This document shows, in pieces, positions 29,798 through 38,406 of a DNA stretch of 64,000 nucleotides. Origin of the DNA: a virus (lineage: Duplodnaviria > Caudoviricetes); IMG/VR virus record IMGVR_UViG_3300050034_000334; one strand, given 5' to 3'. Under the pieces are notes generated by a model. The model worked only from the letters and a program-made list of their open reading frames with translations. It searched no databases and was not told the origin of the DNA. A program made the position numbers and the translations under genes. Every line of letters starts with the position of its first letter. The first letter of the stretch is position 1.

Positions 29798-30406
29798 TTA
29801 GATGGATTGTGAAGTCAAACAAGGAGGAATGAACACTTCTTTTCCTTCTCGCATCTGCTCTTCAGTTGTCAGGCGAGATTGATTCAGAGATTTATCTCTG
29901 CTCCAGTTATTCTGCTGCCGGCGCAGTCGCACAGTCTCTGCTATTCGTTGCTTTGTAGCCTCTGAATGCTTAGTAACTCCTCCGTGTTGAGTGGAACCCT
30001 TTGGTCTAGACAATCTCATTTTCTGTCGTGTTTCTTCCGGTAGACACTTGTTCCAAAAAGGATGATTTTCACCTCTCACTGCCTTGCTGATTCGTTTCCT
30101 AACATCTTTGTTAGGTTCTCCACCATCAGCTCCCTTTGTCATATTGTACCCATCGACAAAAGTTCCAAGTTTCTCTATCCAGAAGACTTCAGCCTCATTC
30201 AGTTCTTCAGGACTATCACAATGTTGAATTGTACTGATGTCAAATGCTGCCTCTCCGTGCTTTCTAAGGGATCTATGCAAGTAATAACGCGATCCTCTAG
30301 ATGATTCCAGCCGGTGTCTATACCAGCGATCATCAGGAGTATCCTTGATGCTCTGGCCTACATACATCTTACCATTTATCCTGTTTCGTACCAAGTAGAC
30401 TATCAT
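29798..30406 (-). CDS. GIY-YIG homing endonuclease with NUMOD3
   Basis: MIVYLVRNRINGKMYVGQS; GENHPFW; ATGA overlap with upstream stop. Confidence 0.88.
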   Translation of the reverse strand: MIVYLVRNRINGKMYVGQSIKDTPDDRWYRHRLESSRGSRYYLHRSLRKHGEAAFDISTIQHCDSPEELNEAEVFWIEKLGTFVDGYNMTKGADGGEPNKDVRKRISKAVRGENHPFWNKCLPEETRQKMRLSRPKGSTQHGGVTKHSEATKQRIAETVRLRRQQNNWSRDKSLNQSRLTTEEQMREGKEVFIPPCLTSQSI

Positions 30407-31923
30407 GACATTATTGCCCCCCAAACCGTTGTCCTTCCAACTTCTGGATTGGGATTTTCCCACTGAGCATCTGGCTGATTGGTCTTTTCGAAGATAGGTT
30501 CCGGATCGACGCCAGGTACTCCATCGTTGACATTCGCCTGCAATGGATTGTACAAAGTGGGAGGATATGGATTCCCAGCAATGACCGGAATGAGGTAACG
30601 AGTGTCTTTGGGATTCAGCAACTTGACATTGAACTCTTGCTGAGCGATAGCACCCTGAGGCTGCGTATAGTTCATGTCGAACACGATCAGCCGTTCACCG
30701 TTCCGTCGAATGATGAGGTCACCATTTTGAATGATGGGAGTCGGTCCAAGGTAGGATTTCGAGATGCGCTCTACTTTCCGGCCTCCCTCCTCAATGGTGG
30801 TATTGGTTGCCGTGTCTGGCGGAATGTAGACAATGTCGAATGGTCCGTAGTATCCGCCAACCCATCCTGTTTCGTAACACACTGGGCAGCCGTGACGAGG
30901 CTCTCCAACTCCGTCTCCCACGCAGCCACACGCTGTACCTCGCGACATCCGGAACATGATAAATGCTGGCTCTCCTACTCTCTCAAAGAGCCAGGCATTT
31001 CTCCGTATCTGCTCCTTGAGCATGTAATTCAGACGTTCAATCGTCTGAGTGTTGACGATTTCCGATCCTGCAGCACCGGGTGCGTGGAGATCTCCACTTG
31101 CTCCTACTGGGACCACGGTGTAGTATGTCCGCACCATGTTGGTATAGATGTCGACGAAGTTCGTCAACTGGTTGTAAGTCACCTTGAAGGTAGTGACACT
31201 GGCTAGAGCCGAAATTGGGAAGTTGGAAACTGCACCACCGATTGGCAGAGTCTTGTCAACATTGATCCAGATGGCCTTGTCAATTCCACTCACCATCGCA
31301 GGGCGAACAGTCGAGGTTGCAACGAGGCTCGATATCACCGTGAGAGTATCTGTAGGAACGGTTGGTGCCAGCGAAAGGGTATATGGTCCACCATAAGCGA
31401 CAAGGGTGGCAGTCACTCCGATGGACGCAGCTGTGATGGCCGCCGCAAGCAGTACGATGCTATTGTTGGAGGTGGTTGTGAAAACCACAGGAGTTGATAC
31501 TCCCACTTGTAGAGAAATGGTTCCGGAGAGAACATCGGTACCAGAAACTGTGGTGAGGGAACCATTCAGGAAATTCAGATCCGTTGCAAGTATGACACTG
31601 ACATCCTCAGGAGAAGTGGCCACCTGAGGTCTGGTCTCCACAATCCCTGAATATGGAACGTCTGGAATCTGAAATGACCAGCGACCAAAAGTTCCCTTTT
31701 CAATCCAGTCGGAATCTTGCACTGTGTAAGTGGTTGAGGCTAGAGTTGAAATGTCACGATAGAACTGACCAGGAATTGGAGCAAGATTGAGCAGTTGCCA
31801 GTTGGCTGGATAGTCGATAGCTCGGTAGACATTGTATCCCACTGTGGCCTTGGGATCATTTGGCCACCACAGGTCACGGCTCCCGACATAGCTCGAATTG
31901 AGGACTACCAACCCACAAATCAT
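30403..31923 (-). CDS. Probable head-tail joining (neck) protein
   Basis: FN3-like N-term (VGYNVYRA); CGC...CPVCYETGWVGGY motif seen in large-phage neck proteins. Confidence 0.5.
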   Translation of the reverse strand: MICGLVVLNSSYVGSRDLWWPNDPKATVGYNVYRAIDYPANWQLLNLAPIPGQFYRDISTLASTTYTVQDSDWIEKGTFGRWSFQIPDVPYSGIVETRPQVATSPEDVSVILATDLNFLNGSLTTVSGTDVLSGTISLQVGVSTPVVFTTTSNNSIVLLAAAITAASIGVTATLVAYGGPYTLSLAPTVPTDTLTVISSLVATSTVRPAMVSGIDKAIWINVDKTLPIGGAVSNFPISALASVTTFKVTYNQLTNFVDIYTNMVRTYYTVVPVGASGDLHAPGAAGSEIVNTQTIERLNYMLKEQIRRNAWLFERVGEPAFIMFRMSRGTACGCVGDGVGEPRHGCPVCYETGWVGGYYGPFDIVYIPPDTATNTTIEEGGRKVERISKSYLGPTPIIQNGDLIIRRNGERLIVFDMNYTQPQGAIAQQEFNVKLLNPKDTRYLIPVIAGNPYPPTLYNPLQANVNDGVPGVDPEPIFEKTNQPDAQWENPNPEVGRTTVWGAIMS

Positions 31924-31951
31924 ATCTCTTCCTCAATCGAGAAAGAGAAAG

Positions 31952-32446
31952 TTAGGATTTTGCCTTGAACCATTCGGGGTGTTTCTTCTTGGCTGGATTA
32001 AGGAACTCTGTTTCGTGCTCTTCAGGATGGTAGAATTCCTTCTTCTTGTCCTCAAATTGAGAGGGCATCCACTTCGTCACCTGTTCCTTGCACTCCAACT
32101 CAGCCCTCTTCTCGTTAGGGAGCGCGTCATAGTCTTCTTGTGAAATTCCCCAGTGTTCTTCAGGGAAATCCATCCACTTCCCAGATGGGACCGGGTAAGG
32201 ATCTCCTGCTTTCATCCAGATCTGGGAGTGCTCCCAGTCACTGAGTACATAACAAGTGTACGTGCCATCGCTGTAAGAAGCCATAGGCTGGATTGTCTTC
32301 TTCAGGAATCCAATCACAGTCCGAACACAGCGGTTGCGGAACTCTTGGACCATCGGGGAGAAGAATGGATCCACCTTGTGATCCAGCTTGATCTCCTGAA
32401 TGATCTCTTCCGCCGATTTTGCTTTCTTGAGAAGTTTTGAGTTCAT
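31952..32446 (-). CDS. Hypothetical protein
   Basis: 164 aa; starts MNSKLLKKA. Confidence 0.7.
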   Translation of the reverse strand: MNSKLLKKAKSAEEIIQEIKLDHKVDPFFSPMVQEFRNRCVRTVIGFLKKTIQPMASYSDGTYTCYVLSDWEHSQIWMKAGDPYPVPSGKWMDFPEEHWGISQEDYDALPNEKRAELECKEQVTKWMPSQFEDKKKEFYHPEEHETEFLNPAKKKHPEWFKAKS

Positions 32447-32448
32447 GA

Positions 32449-33153
32449 CTATAGAGAAAGAGAAAGTTCACAAAAGGAACATCCTGGTTTTTTAATTCCT
32501 CGATTGAGATGCCAACGTGTGTGATGAGCCTTTGGAAGACTTCGAGCAGCTATCCGACCGGCTCTTTGTAGGGTTTCTCTGGAATGAGACTTGCCTCCAA
32601 GGGAGTGAACTTCACGAGACATGCGGGTTGACATTTCTTCCGGATGTTCTTCCGCATATTTCCGGCAACCAGCTACTCGAGGAGTTTCGTCTTGGACTGC
32701 ACGGGCTGCCTTGATTTTGTCAATGGTTTCCTCCGAAGTGAGATGTCCCATCATCTTGGCAGAGAACCTTTCTTTATGACCAGGACGTTGCCACATGAGA
32801 CGAGTGTTTTCAATTATCTTGAGACGAGATTCTTCAGAGTGAGGTGCAGTATGCCCTTCTCCACCTTTGCAAATATTGTATCCGATTTCAGGATCACGAG
32901 CTAAGAAAATCTTAATCAGTGCTTGTTCCCAAACACAGAGAGCCTCATTATTTGCACAATCAGTAACGAGAGGATAGATAGTGAAATTATCCCAACCATA
33001 CTTTCGAACAGCATTATAGAGATGAGGCTTTCCAGCATCGCCTTTCAGAATTGAATCTTTCTGCCTAGACCAATAATGTTGAAGATTGTTCTCTTTCGTT
33101 TTACCGACATAGATCTTGCAGTTTACCACATTGACGATCACGTAGACAAACAT
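32449..33153 (-). CDS. GIY-YIG homing endonuclease
   Basis: MFVYVIVNVVNCKIYVGKT; HLYNAVRKYG; GYNICKGGEG. Confidence 0.9.
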   Translation of the reverse strand: MFVYVIVNVVNCKIYVGKTKENNLQHYWSRQKDSILKGDAGKPHLYNAVRKYGWDNFTIYPLVTDCANNEALCVWEQALIKIFLARDPEIGYNICKGGEGHTAPHSEESRLKIIENTRLMWQRPGHKERFSAKMMGHLTSEETIDKIKAARAVQDETPRVAGCRKYAEEHPEEMSTRMSREVHSLGGKSHSRETLQRAGRIAARSLPKAHHTRWHLNRGIKKPGCSFCELSLSL

Positions 33154-33160
33154 GCCATAC

Positions 33161-33201
33161 CTCCACTCACTGATACTGGTGGAGATTGGAAAGTACGTTT
33201 T
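33161..33201 (-). promoter_or_regulatory. Promoter-like element and RBS-masking hairpin of GIY-YIG gene 32449..33153
   Basis: AAAACGTACTTTCCAAT-CTCCAC-CAGTATCAGTGA-GTGGAG-G; shared with 14197-14229. Confidence 0.65.
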
Positions 33202-33206
33202 CTTGT

Positions 33207-34268
33207 CTAGCCCAATAGCCAGCGTTGCTGTCTGAGACCCACACTCGCTGGTCTGTTCGCGGTGATTAGAGGTGCCCAGGTTTCGAACATAGCAGTGTAG
33301 GTCTGTCCTAGACCTTGGTACAGAGAGGATTTATTGATGTCCAAACTCACACCATTCAAGCTGTATCCGAACTCTTCTTCCGCCCAGCGAGCTGATTCTC
33401 CCAGCAAGCACTTGGCCGCCGCGCCGACCGCCGCCGCTTCAGCCCAGTCTTCAGGAATCGAGCGAATGTTGTAGTTGGTGAGAGCCATAGGGTTCCAGGT
33501 ATTGAGTTGGGCAATCGTGATCTTCAGCATGAGTGTGATTGTCATGTCGACCCAGATATACCCCACTCTCGAAGTGTATCCTGCTACGATCTTGCTCGGA
33601 GTTGGAGGACGGAAATGGTAGTTTCTATCCGGATTGGTGTCTGAAAGAAGCTCTCTGACACTCATGATCATCTGTGCTGTCTTTTGGTCCATCCCAGGCT
33701 TCCGAGCTACGATCATCGACGGTGCTTCGAAACTGTTGGAAGCGTAGTCGACCACCTGCACGAAGAAGTCTTCAGTCACCACATCAGAAACTAGGACAGG
33801 AGTTGAAGTTGGAGTGAACTGAGCATTGCTCGATTGACCGACCCAGATATCAGTTGAATTTGTGGTCAGGATTTGAGCAGGGGTCAATCCGTTGATCTGC
33901 ATGCTACCAGTGGAAGCCAGCACCATTGTCGCAGAAGCGAGTGTGACATTCTGGATGACAATCTCCCCGGGAATGAACACACCAGAGGTGATTGCTCCTG
34001 CTACGTTGCTGACAGGATACTGAACCAGATTCCATCGCAGTTGATACTCACCTTCCCAGCTGGTCGGGATAGTGATTGGAACATAGTAAGCTCCGATGTT
34101 CGTGTTTCCAGGAGTCTGACTTAACACGACCGGCGAGAACACTCCACTGACATTACTGTAGATGTCATAATTGATGGCGGTCGGATTCATCAGCATTCCA
34201 TTGGCATCATGGATGAGAATGCCCAGATCGCCTGGTCCTAGAGTTTTTCCTTGGGTCAAAGTCTGCAC
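33207..34268 (-). CDS. Probable head-tail adaptor/neck protein
   Basis: Ig-like N-term paralogous to 18325 gene; C-term MSVRELLSD...GYSLNGVSLDI pattern. Confidence 0.5.
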   Translation of the reverse strand: MQTLTQGKTLGPGDLGILIHDANGMLMNPTAINYDIYSNVSGVFSPVVLSQTPGNTNIGAYYVPITIPTSWEGEYQLRWNLVQYPVSNVAGAITSGVFIPGEIVIQNVTLASATMVLASTGSMQINGLTPAQILTTNSTDIWVGQSSNAQFTPTSTPVLVSDVVTEDFFVQVVDYASNSFEAPSMIVARKPGMDQKTAQMIMSVRELLSDTNPDRNYHFRPPTPSKIVAGYTSRVGYIWVDMTITLMLKITIAQLNTWNPMALTNYNIRSIPEDWAEAAAVGAAAKCLLGESARWAEEEFGYSLNGVSLDINKSSLYQGLGQTYTAMFETWAPLITANRPASVGLRQQRWLLG

Positions 34269-35146
34269 GAGCTCACCACCTCACTTAGAACTTGAAAGCC
34301 ATTCCTTGGCTTCATTCCTCGTTTCCATCCGTTGGCTTCATATTTCTGCCATTCTTCTTGTTTTATGGCTTTGCTTCCAAGGATTTCATGATGGATTCTT
34401 ATCCTCCCCTTGTTTCCTTTTCCCATTGACTGCACCTGATTCAAGTGATCATCTGTTCCAAAGTACGTTTTCCGAAGAATCTCAAGAGTTTTCCTCCGAT
34501 GTTTCGCAGCCTCTTCCGTAGCATTCCATATACGAACACTCTGTTTAGATTTCTCAATTCTAAAAGGATGTGAAGCCAGTCTTTCACGATGAGATTTTCC
34601 TTCTTCACTGTCATTCCAATTCTTCAAATGAGCGATGGCCTCTGCGGATCCCAACCAGTTATCTCGCACATAATCCCATCCTTTAGACATAGCTTTTCTT
34701 GTAAACTGCTTTCCTCTTTCAGTATTGTGCCAAGCAGCAAGCCTTGCCAATTTCTTGGGACTGCGCCTCGAGGCTTGAGCCTTAAGACTATTTCTAACAG
34801 AGCCACCAATCAAAATTCTAGTTTCTTCAGAGTGCTTCCATCCGCTAACTCCTTCTCCTCCATCTGTATGATTAATCAGTATTCCAGTTCCATTATCTTT
34901 CCTACCATACAAATAAATCAGGTTCATCTCCAGTTGAAGAGCATCCTTCTCATAAAGATTTCCAGCCAAGATCACTATGTTCAAAGGATCAGCTGGAATA
35001 GGAGTCTTCCTGTGATCTTCATACGGACGAAGATTCCTCCCCTTACCTATGTAGTAAGGAGCTCCCTTTGGTGCCGTTTGAGAATCCTTAGAACGAAGGT
35101 ATGCGTACACGAAAAACTCTTGTTCACCTTGTGTTAGAGCAACCAT
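34256..35146 (-). CDS. Divergent GIY-YIG homing endonuclease
   Basis: FVYAYLR...PYYIGKG...EMNLIYLYGR...LINHTDGGEG. Confidence 0.8.
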   Translation of the reverse strand: MVALTQGEQEFFVYAYLRSKDSQTAPKGAPYYIGKGRNLRPYEDHRKTPIPADPLNIVILAGNLYEKDALQLEMNLIYLYGRKDNGTGILINHTDGGEGVSGWKHSEETRILIGGSVRNSLKAQASRRSPKKLARLAAWHNTERGKQFTRKAMSKGWDYVRDNWLGSAEAIAHLKNWNDSEEGKSHRERLASHPFRIEKSKQSVRIWNATEEAAKHRRKTLEILRKTYFGTDDHLNQVQSMGKGNKGRIRIHHEILGSKAIKQEEWQKYEANGWKRGMKPRNGFQVLSEVVSSCRL

Positions 35147-35164
35147 ACTAAGGATCAGGAAGTC
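35147..35164 (-). promoter_or_regulatory. GACTT-type promoter-like motif abutting ATG (leaderless)
   Basis: GACTTCCTGATCCTTAGT-ATG; same geometry as 2068-2085 and 59312-59329. Confidence 0.65.
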
Positions 35165-35180
35165 AAGTAAGTTTCCACAT

Positions 35181-35208
35181 TACCCGAAACTCGTGTCCCT
35201 TCGGTAGA
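35181..35208 (+). promoter_or_regulatory. TACCCGA-N16-GTAGA promoter-like motif
   Basis: Exact motif upstream of GGAGG RBS and ATG 35226. Confidence 0.65.
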
Positions 35209-35225
35209 AAGAACTGGAGGGAATC

Positions 35226-35444
35226 ATGAACAAAGCACTATTAAAATCGCTCAAACAGGCAGTTCGATACATTGAAGTCACGAATGCATACCGTGGAGCA
35301 ATGACTGCTGCTGAAGTAGAAGCAGCGATCAAGCGTAACATCAATGACTCTCGCGTGGAAATCGGAGCCAACAGTTGCACCACGCTGGACTCATTTGATA
35401 TTCATGCTGCCAAGGCGGCTATTAAACTGGCCGAAGAGGTATAA
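35226..35444 (+). CDS. Small hypothetical protein
   Basis: 72 aa, GGAGG RBS. Confidence 0.7.
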   Translation: MNKALLKSLKQAVRYIEVTNAYRGAMTAAEVEAAIKRNINDSRVEIGANSCTTLDSFDIHAAKAAIKLAEEV

Positions 35445-35454
35445 TCAAGAAAAA

Positions 35455-35474
35455 CGGTCGCCCGAAGACGACCG
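35455..35474 (-). terminator. Hairpin with U-tract between convergent genes
   Basis: aaaaa-cggtcg-N8-cgaccg. Confidence 0.5.
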
Positions 35475-35495
35475 CTTGACTTGTAAAGGATCTCG

Positions 35496-35753
35496 TTACA
35501 CGGCGGACAAGGTCATTCTATTTCTAGACTCGATCTTTGTGGGCTTGGGATCTGGGTTCAGCATGGTCATTCTAGAGGGACTTTTGGAACCTTGATTTTC
35601 AGGGGTGAATCTCAAGTATCCCTTCGAAATGCTCTGTTTCAGAAAAACTTCAAGCTCTTTTGCCAATTTGGGGTTTGATGTTTGAACTACCAGATCTCCA
35701 CTTCCAGTGAGAAAATCAGTAATCATGATTTCAGTAGTAACTTCCGCTTCCAT
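35496..35753 (-). CDS. Small hypothetical protein
   Basis: 85 aa, AGGA RBS. Confidence 0.55.
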   Translation of the reverse strand: MEAEVTTEIMITDFLTGSGDLVVQTSNPKLAKELEVFLKQSISKGYLRFTPENQGSKSPSRMTMLNPDPKPTKIESRNRMTLSAV

Positions 35754-35829
35754 TTCGTTTTCCTATCTCCTGAATTCAATGATATACCTAGATTTCCCAC
35801 GAGGGTAACTGTTTTACACCTGATTTCAC

Positions 35830-35857
35830 TACCCGAAACTCACATGAACTCCGTAGA
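35830..35857 (+). promoter_or_regulatory. TACCCGA-N16-GTAGA promoter-like motif
   Basis: Exact motif 7 nt upstream of ATG 35865. Confidence 0.65.
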
Positions 35858-35864
35858 GAGAAGT

Positions 35865-36104
35865 ATGGAAAATAGAGCAAAGGTCATCAAGCAGAAGTAC
35901 ACCACAGCCAAAGCCAAGCTCCCTTCTTGGGCGCGCAACCTTCAGGTCGATGACGATCCTCGCCTCCCGGTGAAGACTCTCGAGAACTTGAAGCAAGCTG
36001 TTCGTGACGAGATCACGATGTACCTTCGCGGCCTGAACCCTCTCACCGACAAGCAGTATGCTCAACTCCGCGAATGGCAGGATTGGGCCGGGAGATCACT
36101 GTGA
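35865..36104 (+). CDS. Small hypothetical protein
   Basis: MENRAKVIKQK...; start reassigned from 35682. Confidence 0.6.
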   Translation: MENRAKVIKQKYTTAKAKLPSWARNLQVDDDPRLPVKTLENLKQAVRDEITMYLRGLNPLTDKQYAQLREWQDWAGRSL

Positions 36105-36330
36105 AGAGACTGACTTCGGTGGCTCTTACCTCTACACCTTCGCTGACCCGACTGGCAATGTCATCAAGTGGTTCGCTTCCAACGAACTGCAGCTGGGCGA
36201 CGGAAGCTACAATGTGAATTCCATGATTGACGCCATCGGAAAGATTGTTAGTTTGAAAGGAACCATCACCAAACACGAAGAGTACAACGGTGTCAAGGCA
36301 ACCTACATCAACCGGGCTGTGATAGTGTAA
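36058..36330 (+). pseudogene. Probable OB-fold C-terminal fragment lacking its N-terminus
   Basis: ETDFGGSYLYTFAD..GNVIKWFAS...LKGTITKHEEYNGVKATYINR; first about 15 residues look non-homologous. Confidence 0.4.
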
Positions 36331-36394
36331 CCATAATTCAACTACATTTTCACCTACAGGATTCTCTATAGCATCACAGTAAAGGAGAATCCAC

Positions 36395-37534
36395 ATGCTC
36401 AAACTGGACTATTATGGCCAGAACGATGGAACCACGGTTCCTAACGTGGTTTTGACTGGCACCCCAGGGGTTGACCAGACTACCCTCACCAACGCTGGTT
36501 ACCTTGGCGGAAAAGTTATGGCCATGGTGGGAACGTACTCAGCAGATGGATTCCCACTCATCGCGCCTTGCGATGCGTACACCATGAACCCCTATGGACT
36601 GCTCGCAAACGGTCCTGGAGAGTTCGCTGGGGCAATCGGACCTTCCGGCTCCAAGAAAGCTCCAATCTTCCGCGCAATGCTCAAGGGCGGAGTGGACAGT
36701 CAAGCATATGCCGGCAGTGGATTCGTCGCCGGACATCCCATCTACTGCGGTGCCGGAGTCAACTCTGGACTCATGGTTGCGACCGCTCCGATCATTCCTC
36801 TGGCGCTGACCAATCCCTCGGTAGTTCTGGCACAAGTTGCTGCAGTTTCCACCGCGACGTTTACCTTCAACGCTGCCGCAGACACCCTCTTTGGCAACTT
36901 CGTTGTTGGACTTGGCGCAAGAACTCTGATTACAAACCCCACTCCAACCGTACCCACTGCCCTGGTTCCTGCGACCGCGACCTACACCTTTGCCGCTGCC
37001 GGCGACACTGTGATTGGCAGCTTTGTGATCAACATCGCTGCGGTTGGCGCAGTTACCACTGTCATCCCTGCAAGAACAACTCTTGGCGGTGCTGTCACTC
37101 TGCTGAATACCGCTGGCAATCTTCCTGCTGGAGTGACCGCCTCTGTCTCTGGTGCCTCGATCGTCTTTACAGGTATCGTTGGAACAGGCAACACTCTGAC
37201 GGTCTCTGCGACTGCGGTCTATGACGTGGTGACAACCACCACCACTATCGTTATTCCGGATGACACGACCCTTCCAGCCGCCGTTCTTCTGCTGAATGCT
37301 CTGCCGGCTGCTGGTGGTCTTCCCACCGGAGTGGTTGCCACTAACCCTGGCGCTGGTGCAACGATCGTTCTTACCGGCAGTCCAGTTGGAATCGGCAACG
37401 ATCTGGTCATCACCGGAACTTCACTCTTCGACGTCAAGGCAACGGGAGGAGTTGCTGTTCCTCCCATTGGCATCTGCATGGCGCCACCTTCGGCAACCAA
37501 CAGTTTCTTCCTGAAATTCGCGTCCTTGCTGTAA
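36395..37534 (+). CDS. Probable capsid decoration/fibre protein
   Basis: 379 aa G/A/T/V-rich with internal duplicated TATFTFNAAADT/TATYTFAAAGDT modules; AAGGAG RBS. Confidence 0.45.
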   Translation: MLKLDYYGQNDGTTVPNVVLTGTPGVDQTTLTNAGYLGGKVMAMVGTYSADGFPLIAPCDAYTMNPYGLLANGPGEFAGAIGPSGSKKAPIFRAMLKGGVDSQAYAGSGFVAGHPIYCGAGVNSGLMVATAPIIPLALTNPSVVLAQVAAVSTATFTFNAAADTLFGNFVVGLGARTLITNPTPTVPTALVPATATYTFAAAGDTVIGSFVINIAAVGAVTTVIPARTTLGGAVTLLNTAGNLPAGVTASVSGASIVFTGIVGTGNTLTVSATAVYDVVTTTTTIVIPDDTTLPAAVLLLNALPAAGGLPTGVVATNPGAGATIVLTGSPVGIGNDLVITGTSLFDVKATGGVAVPPIGICMAPPSATNSFFLKFASLL

Positions 37535-37555
37535 TCAGTATTTGCCGCTAAGACC

Positions 37556-37594
37556 AGAACCTCTCCGAGATTAAGCGGAGAGGTTCTTCTTTTT
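37556..37594 (+). terminator. Intrinsic terminator
   Basis: agaacctctccg-N8-cggagaggttct then tcttttt; contains the stop of the convergent kinase gene. Confidence 0.85.
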
Positions 37595-38365
37595 GAATTC
37601 AGATCTCTTGAAGTGATAGAGATCGTCTGCACGACCGCACACTCCACAAGTGGGATCCTTGGGATCAGGTTCACCCTCCGAGAAATCTGGTTCCCACTGA
37701 TGATGAAAGGCCTCTGCTTCATCCCTGATCCAACCCAACACAGTTGAGACCGCTTGCTTGTGAGGAATGGTCCGCACGTCCTTGGTCTTGGACTGGCAGG
37801 GCTTGATCTTGCAACACTCACACTTGTCAGTTCCCGCCAGTTCGAACTTCTTCCTGGATGAGATGATAGCCTCGAACTTCGGCGCCAGAGTCTTGTAAGG
37901 ATCGAAGGGCTTGATATTCCCCTTGGCCGCCCTGCGGGACAGCGTCTGATCGATGCAACGCTGGAGAGGGGTGTCGAGAAAGCCAAAGATGAAGTGATGC
38001 TCATTGAGTTCATCAGCCAAACTGTTGTAGCGACTGAACAGACCGGAGATCAGCAAACCTTCATACAGGACGTTGCCCAGAGGAGCCCACTCACGAATGA
38101 GATCACAGATCTTATCCTGAGTGTTGATCCCGTCACATCCACCACACTCATTGACATAGGAGCCTAGAACATACAAATCTTTGGGTTGCATCTGTTTGTT
38201 ATTTGGATTCTTAGGAGGGATAACCACGTTCTTACACACGTATCCACGGATCTTGCCTTTTTCATCCAGAATGGGCTGACCATCGTATACACTCAGAATC
38301 GCTCTGACAATGGTACTTTTCCCTCCGCCATTCGTGGAGCGGATGTTCACAACTAGGTTCCCCAT
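37571..38365 (-). CDS. P-loop kinase resembling 5-hydroxymethyluracil-DNA kinases of hypermodification loci
   Basis: NIRSTNGGGKSTIVR; YVLGSY...CGGCDGI; VLYEGLLIS; LDTPLQRCIDQTLSRR. Confidence 0.65.
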   Translation of the reverse strand: MGNLVVNIRSTNGGGKSTIVRAILSVYDGQPILDEKGKIRGYVCKNVVIPPKNPNNKQMQPKDLYVLGSYVNECGGCDGINTQDKICDLIREWAPLGNVLYEGLLISGLFSRYNSLADELNEHHFIFGFLDTPLQRCIDQTLSRRAAKGNIKPFDPYKTLAPKFEAIISSRKKFELAGTDKCECCKIKPCQSKTKDVRTIPHKQAVSTVLGWIRDEAEAFHHQWEPDFSEGEPDPKDPTCGVCGRADDLYHFKRSEFKKKNLSA

Positions 38366-38406
38366 TCGTTAATTCCCCTAACATTGAGACTTCCTGTTTC
38401 CAGGTT

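Noticed and set aside
29292-35146. Group I introns housing the endonucleases
   Set aside because: Endonuclease ORFs abut or overlap complete neighbouring genes with no room for intron cores and no split host gene evident.
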